A stretch of DNA of 10,654 nt from Gemmatimonadaceae bacterium (GTDB taxonomy: Bacteria > Gemmatimonadota > Gemmatimonadetes > Gemmatimonadales > Gemmatimonadaceae). The DNA lies in NCBI GenBank assembly GCA_033763905.1, contig JANRJP010000013.1, positions 1 to 10,654 of the forward strand, given 5' to 3'. The translations under genes were made by a program, and so were the position numbers. This document shows positions 5,960 to 10,654 of the stretch, piece after piece. The notes under the pieces are model-generated. The model was not told the DNA's origin, made no database searches, and saw only the letters and a program-made list of their open reading frames with translations. Within the stretch, counting starts at the first letter, position 1. Every line of letters starts with the position of its first letter.

Positions 5960-8900
5960 TTACCACCCCGGCGGCAGAGGGGTTTGAAAAATCCCGAATC
6001 CTTTCCAGCAATATGCCGTACCCGAAGCGCCTTGTGTCTGCCAGCCAGTCCGAGCCGATGCCCATGTTCCGCCATAGGACTGTAAGAAAGTGAGCTTCTT
6101 CCAGCTCCATCTGCGCTTCCCCGCCGCCACGAGATCCCAGACTTCTTCGCCGTGGTGTCCTGAGAACTGCTCAAGAATGTGGGATGGACATTCTTCCTGA
6201 CCCTGCCGCGGCCGCCAAAGCATGCCATGATAGCGGGGTTGGCCCGCCGCCACTCGGTCGGCTGAACTTTCATCGGATGAGTCGCCACGAAGGAAGTCGC
6301 CAACGGCAGTGAGATCATCCTCGGTAATGTTGGTACATACGACGTGCTCGCTGCTGCGTGCTTCGCACTTCAACCCAAACGGGTCCGCGTAATTCACCGG
6401 GTCCCCATTCGCAAACCCATACAGATTCAACCCACCCGCGATCCCGATCGGATCCTGCTGCGTAAACCGCCCCGACTGTGGATCGACGTACCGGTTCCGA
6501 CGATACAGCAGGCCGTTCCCATCGCGCTTGTCTTCCAAGAGGCTGCCCATCCACGCGCCGCGTCGACTGAACTCGGGATCAAACGGGGACCACGTCATTC
6601 CCCACGTTGCGGCGAATGTGCAATCGCCGCTACCGCAATGATACTGGCCGCCATCGCGGGCGGTACCCAGGTTGGCGTAGCCCTGCAGGTTCCAGTGCGG
6701 GTACATCGTGAAGGCGGGCGGGGCATAGAGCGCGTGCTGGGTCGGATGCGGGCCGTAGTACTGCGGCCGCAGGTCCCAGTAGTCGCGGTACCCGGCGCGG
6801 ACGACCATCACGGGTTGATCGAGGGTAGTCGCGTAGCCGTACGCAACCGCACCGAAGAAGGGATTGGGGTCGAAGTACCCGTTGGCGAACGTGGCCACCG
6901 GCAGAACCGGCACCTGCGCCCACGCGGCGTCGCCGGGCGCAATGGCCGGCGTGGCGTACGCAGGGTTGAGCGGCACCCGCTCCTCATAGACTTCCTGCGC
7001 CCCCGCCCACACCGTGCGCTGGACGTGCGCTTCCAAGCACGGCACCGATGCCAGATCCGTGTCGTTGGGGTAACAGCGTCGCCGCGATGCGAGTTGAATG
7101 CGACGGCCGAACGGATCGTACCACGCCTCATCCCGTTGGATCAACCGCAGCACCGTCGTTCCCGTGTTCGGCAAATCCGTCCTGCGGGCTTCCGTGACCC
7201 GCAGACGATCTTCGGCGTCGTAGTACATCAGTCGGTCTTCGCCAGCAACCGACGGGTTGAACGCACTGCCGCTGCCCTGGCGGATCGGCGTGCGAATGCT
7301 CACGGTGTTGCCCGCGACGTCGTAGCGATAGTTCGTTTGGGGCGCAGTGTCGCCGCTGACTTCGGTCCACTTCTGCAACAGGCGCCCAGTTCCGTCGCCC
7401 GCATAGACAAAATGCGTCGCGGTCGTGGCCGTGCTGCGGTAGCCGCGAAACGGATCCGAACCCAGTGAAAACGGAATCGGCGATTGTGTGGTGACGTACC
7501 CCTCTCGAACAACAGTCGCGATGGACTGCGACGTGTTTGCCAGTGCATCCACCAGCAGGCCCGTCCGCGTGCTATCGGTAAGTCCGCCGTGCGCGAACGG
7601 CAGCCACGCGCCGTAGATGGAAGAGCCCAGCGCGCCGAGCGCGGTGTACGTGTTGGTCATATTTGTCCGCGCCTCACCACCCCCCGCCAGCGACAGGACC
7701 TTCCCGTCGATACTGTAGGCAGCTGTCGTCTGACGAATCTGCCCGTTCAGATGCGGCCAGGGCCGCGTCGGCGTGGCACCAAGTGTCCTGACGTACTCGA
7801 CGAGCGCCTCACCGTCGAGCGTGCGCAAGTAGTCCTGATAGGCGTTGCCCGCCGTTTTGCGGAAAACGCGTCCGAGCGAGTCATACGCGAACGAGACGGT
7901 GTCTCCACCGCCGGCACGAACCGACGCGAGTTCGCCGTAGGTCGGGTCGTATGAATACGCGAAGGTGGCGAGTGGCTGCGCCAACTGCGTCAAGCGACCA
8001 GCGGCGTCGTACGTGTGGTGGAGGGAATACTCCCGCTCGTAGCCGCCGCCGGCATACGGGCGCATCGACTGAATCTCGCCCGCGAGCTGCCCGTTGGCAT
8101 AGTAGCTCCGCGTGACACGCGCGTGCCGATTGGTCGCGGTATCGACTTGTCCGCTGTGCAGGTCGTAGTGAAAGCGCACCGTGTCGCCCGGCAACGTAAA
8201 CCGCTCGTTGAGGCTGAGACCCCAACCCGGTGTCGGGTCGGGGTATGTCAGACTTGCGTCGGGCCCGAGGATCCTCGCCGATGCAGCGAGCCCACTCGAA
8301 TCCAGCGCGTATGTGACCGGCGGCAGCATACGCAGGGTGAGTCGGTCGAGCGCGTCGTGTTGCATGCGGATCACGTGCCCACGCGCGGTGCGCACCGAAT
8401 CGGCGTTGCCGTTGGGATCATAGTACGTACGTACAACACCACTAACCGTGTCGTTGCCGGGTCCGCGCTGAGCGATCACGCGACCGATGGCATCGTAGAT
8501 CGTGGTGTCCGTCAGCAGACCAATACTGTTGCGGTCGGGCATCGCGATGCGGCGGACAGCGACCGTGGCGCCCGCCACATCGTAAACGTTCTCCACTCGC
8601 AGACTGTCGGCATACCCCGGTATGCTGCTCCGACGCTCGATGAGCAGGTCGCGTAGATCCAGCGAGTCTGTGGTCACGCGCCACGCTGTCTGTGTCGCGT
8701 TGAGGCCCACGAGTTCGCGCCGCCGCGTGATGCGCCCAATGGCGTCGCGCTCCATTTCCTGTCGCTTGCCGCCATTCGTCTCCGTCGCGATCGCGTTGCC
8801 TCGCGCGTCGTAGGTCACGGTCTGTAGCACCGCGCCGGGGGTGGTGATCGCAATGGAGTCGGGCACCATCGACTCTTCGCACGTGATCGAGCCGTCGGGA

Positions 8901-9448
8901 CACGGGTGCCAGACCTGCTGCCACGTGACTTGGTCGCGGCGCGCGATGCTCTTGAGTAAGCCGGTCGGGCAGTCGGGCCCGGTGCAGTAGCTGAAGATCT
9001 GCTGGCGTTCAGTGGTGGGGCCGGTGCGCACCGACTGCAGCAGCGGCTGCGTGCTTTGGTATGTGCGCGTCTCAGTGACGCCCACCGGCGAGGTGATCTG
9101 CGTGGGCAGGTCCCACACGGGGTGGTACTGCACCGTGGTCACGGCCGGTGTGCTGAAGAGCCCCGGGACGGGGTCGGCGCGGAGCTCCACCGCGTTGCCG
9201 CGCGCGTCGTAGTTCGCGCGCGTGGTGTAGCCGTTCGGTGCGGTCGTGCTCTCGGTGAGGCCCAGGAAGACTGGGTGGTGCGCGACCGTCGTCACGCGGC
9301 CCAGCGGGTCCGTGATGCGCGTGGGCGCGCCCAGGGGCGAGATCGCCACGCGGGTCATGACGCCCCGGGGATTCGTCCAGTGGGTTTCAGGATCGAGGTA
9401 CGGGGACCATGCCGGCGCGCGGCGATGATTGACAACGCAGGTGAGCAA
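5960..9448 (-). CDS. Rhs/YD-repeat protein (Rhs-2), apparently 5'-truncated, with Rhs core and a 136-aa variable C-terminal domain
   Basis: Many YD repeats (YDARGN, YDAIGR, HDALDR, YDAAGR, YDSLGR, YDVAGN, YDPFGR) and the core YRRNRYVDPQSGRFTQQDPIGIAGGLNLYGFANGDPVNYADPFGL. The C-terminal domain spans 6370-5963. The start is uncertain (TTG 9448 or ATG 9358), and the frame begins inside repeat-like sequence. Confidence 0.92.
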   Translation of the reverse strand: MLTCVVNHRRAPAWSPYLDPETHWTNPRGVMTRVAISPLGAPTRITDPLGRVTTVAHHPVFLGLTESTTAPNGYTTRANYDARGNAVELRADPVPGLFSTPAVTTVQYHPVWDLPTQITSPVGVTETRTYQSTQPLLQSVRTGPTTERQQIFSYCTGPDCPTGLLKSIARRDQVTWQQVWHPCPDGSITCEESMVPDSIAITTPGAVLQTVTYDARGNAIATETNGGKRQEMERDAIGRITRRRELVGLNATQTAWRVTTDSLDLRDLLIERRSSIPGYADSLRVENVYDVAGATVAVRRIAMPDRNSIGLLTDTTIYDAIGRVIAQRGPGNDTVSGVVRTYYDPNGNADSVRTARGHVIRMQHDALDRLTLRMLPPVTYALDSSGLAASARILGPDASLTYPDPTPGWGLSLNERFTLPGDTVRFHYDLHSGQVDTATNRHARVTRSYYANGQLAGEIQSMRPYAGGGYEREYSLHHTYDAAGRLTQLAQPLATFAYSYDPTYGELASVRAGGGDTVSFAYDSLGRVFRKTAGNAYQDYLRTLDGEALVEYVRTLGATPTRPWPHLNGQIRQTTAAYSIDGKVLSLAGGGEARTNMTNTYTALGALGSSIYGAWLPFAHGGLTDSTRTGLLVDALANTSQSIATVVREGYVTTQSPIPFSLGSDPFRGYRSTATTATHFVYAGDGTGRLLQKWTEVSGDTAPQTNYRYDVAGNTVSIRTPIRQGSGSAFNPSVAGEDRLMYYDAEDRLRVTEARRTDLPNTGTTVLRLIQRDEAWYDPFGRRIQLASRRRCYPNDTDLASVPCLEAHVQRTVWAGAQEVYEERVPLNPAYATPAIAPGDAAWAQVPVLPVATFANGYFDPNPFFGAVAYGYATTLDQPVMVVRAGYRDYWDLRPQYYGPHPTQHALYAPPAFTMYPHWNLQGYANLGTARDGGQYHCGSGDCTFAATWGMTWSPFDPEFSRRGAWMGSLLEDKRDGNGLLYRRNRYVDPQSGRFTQQDPIGIAGGLNLYGFANGDPVNYADPFGLKCEARSSEHVVCTNITEDDLTAVGDFLRGDSSDESSADRVAAGQPRYHGMLWRPRQGQEECPSHILEQFSGHHGEEVWDLVAAGKRRWSWKKLTFLQSYGGTWASARTGWQTQGASGTAYCWKGFGIFQTPLPPGW

Positions 9449-9450
9449 CC

Positions 9451-9489
9451 GATCGGCCGGCCACCTGATTGCACGGTGGCCGGCGGATC
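9451..9489. terminator. GC-rich stem-loop between immunity-1 and Rhs-2 (possible terminator or RNA-stabilising hairpin)
   Basis: GATCGGCCGGCCACC-(TGATTGCAC)-GGTGGCCGGCGGATC forms a 15-bp stem with 1 mismatch and a 9-nt loop. There is no clear U-tract on either strand. Confidence 0.45.
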
Positions 9490-9622
9490 AGTGCTGCGCG
9501 CGTGTGGACGGGCGATGGTGCGGCTCCGGCGATCCGGGTGAGGCGTGGTGCAGGCCCCCGCGGCCTCCGAGTTGAGACTTGAGCTCACCGCCCCGCCTTT
9601 CGATGACCGAGCGTCAGCCTTC

Positions 9623-10012
9623 TCAGTGATCGAGAGGGTCGACCACGGTCGCGCCGAGACCGTACAAGGCGCCGAGCAGCGCTCCCCAACCGATAGCTGT
9701 TTCCCGTCCAGTTATTGGTGCTGCGAGGCTCACGATCAACCCCACAACTCCGCCAAGAACCAATCCGAGGCCGATACTCACAGGAGGCGTCCGTCTGAGA
9801 ATCTTCGCTAAAGAGGAATGCACCAAACTCAAGATGCTTGCGGCAACCGGTCCTACGACCGCAAGCAGGATGGCGAGTGAAGTAAATCGGTACCACCATC
9901 CTTCTGGGGCGTTCGGTCGCACACCCCACGCTGCCGCAGAGATCACTACGAATAATGGCAAAACGCCTAGCAGCATGAGGGCGAGCCGCCGGAGGTATCG
10001 GGGCTGTCGCAT
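9623..10012 (-). CDS. Four-TM membrane protein, candidate immunity protein for the Rhs-1 toxin (129 aa)
   Basis: ATG lies 8 nt after the Rhs-1 stop with a GAGGT SD (TGAGGTCAAACATG). There are four hydrophobic segments with GxxxG patterns and a basic N-terminus, and GC is lower than in host genes. Confidence 0.75.
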   Translation of the reverse strand: MRQPRYLRRLALMLLGVLPLFVVISAAAWGVRPNAPEGWWYRFTSLAILLAVVGPVAASILSLVHSSLAKILRRTPPVSIGLGLVLGGVVGLIVSLAAPITGRETAIGWGALLGALYGLGATVVDPLDH

Positions 10013-10020
10013 GTTTGACC

Positions 10021-10654
10021 TCAGGGAACCTTGGTGTCCTTACTCCCCGCAAGCTGGCCGATGTGGCCTTCCTTGTGGTAATAGAGCCGCTCAGGCGCGG
10101 TCCCATCGCGGTAGACCCAGATCTCATACGATGGGAAGCCGTCATGCGCTCCCCCATTCAAGCTAACGCCTCCAGATTTGGAGACAGAAAGACCAAATTC
10201 GTAGTTGATCTGAAACGGGGGCATTCCGAAGCCGTTCAGTCCCCATCCTTTCGCAGTAAGCCTCCCTCCGCTCCCCGCCACCGACACGTCGCCGTAGCCA
10301 CTCTTGACCCACGATCTCCCGATTTGCTTCTGTTCCGACGAGACCCTACCCGTCCCCGGATCAACAACAAATCGGTGACTTGTCTTTGATGTGCCTCCGT
10401 CCGCCCTAGGTCCTCGATTGTCGCCAACGACGGGCATGCTAGCAATGAAGCTCTCAATACATATACCGACTTGACCCTTCCGGAGACCTGACGGTCTCTC
10501 GCACAATCCGAAGGGATCCGAGTAGTTCACCGGATCGCCGTTGGCATAGCCGTAGAGGTTGAGCCCGCCCGCAATCCCGATCGGGTCCGGCTGCGTGAAC
10601 CGCCCCGACTGCGGGTCCAGATACCGGTGCCGCCGGTACAGCGTGCCGTCGGCG
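10021..10654 (-). CDS. 3' end of Rhs protein (Rhs-1): core plus 160-aa C-terminal putative toxin domain (possibly DUF3238-like); 5' part is outside the window
   Basis: The frame is open from the window edge: ADGTLYRRHRYLDPQSGRFTQPDPIGIAGGLNLYGYANGDPVNYSDPFGL|CERPSG...GDNR...HDGFPSYEIWVY...KVP*. The ORF-track start at 10530 is an internal GTG. Confidence 0.92.
   Translation of the reverse strand, partial: ADGTLYRRHRYLDPQSGRFTQPDPIGIAGGLNLYGYANGDPVNYSDPFGLCERPSGLRKGQVGICIESFIASMPVVGDNRGPRADGGTSKTSHRFVVDPGTGRVSSEQKQIGRSWVKSGYGDVSVAGSGGRLTAKGWGLNGFGMPPFQINYEFGLSVSKSGGVSLNGGAHDGFPSYEIWVYRDGTAPERLYYHKEGHIGQLAGSKDTKVP

Noticed and set aside
8423..8434. GTACGTACGTAC palindromic microrepeat
   Set aside because: Lies within Rhs-2 coding sequence (VRTY) with the frame intact. 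Too short to support a phase-variation or binding-site claim.
6344..9811. Plus-strand ORFs opposite the Rhs genes (6344-7468, 7484-7954, 8015-8656, 9056-9541, 9545-9811)
   Set aside because: Antisense shadows of well-supported minus-strand genes.

Overview
High-GC bacterial window; kinase and Rhs style suggest Gemmatimonadota, which is inference only. Left part: gcvT (minus strand, runs off the window edge, missed by the ORF track), a truncated toxin remnant plus an intact DUF2283 antitoxin-like gene, a membrane-anchored Hanks-type Ser/Thr kinase, and a convergent di-haem MauG/bCcP-family lipoprotein with an Ig-like domain. Middle (4817-5184): a 368-bp non-coding element made of two head-to-tail 184-bp palindromic, heptamer-rich units. 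It is flanked by a 5-bp direct repeat, and its arms pair better across units than within them, so it is a candidate MITE/REPIN-like or structured-RNA element. Right part (minus strand): an Rhs polymorphic toxin array consisting of the 3' end of Rhs-1 with its C-terminal toxin, a 4-TM candidate immunity gene, a 5'-truncated Rhs-2 of about 1,150 aa with an unrecognised C-terminal domain, a second candidate immunity gene, and a 23-nt scar of a further Rhs core.
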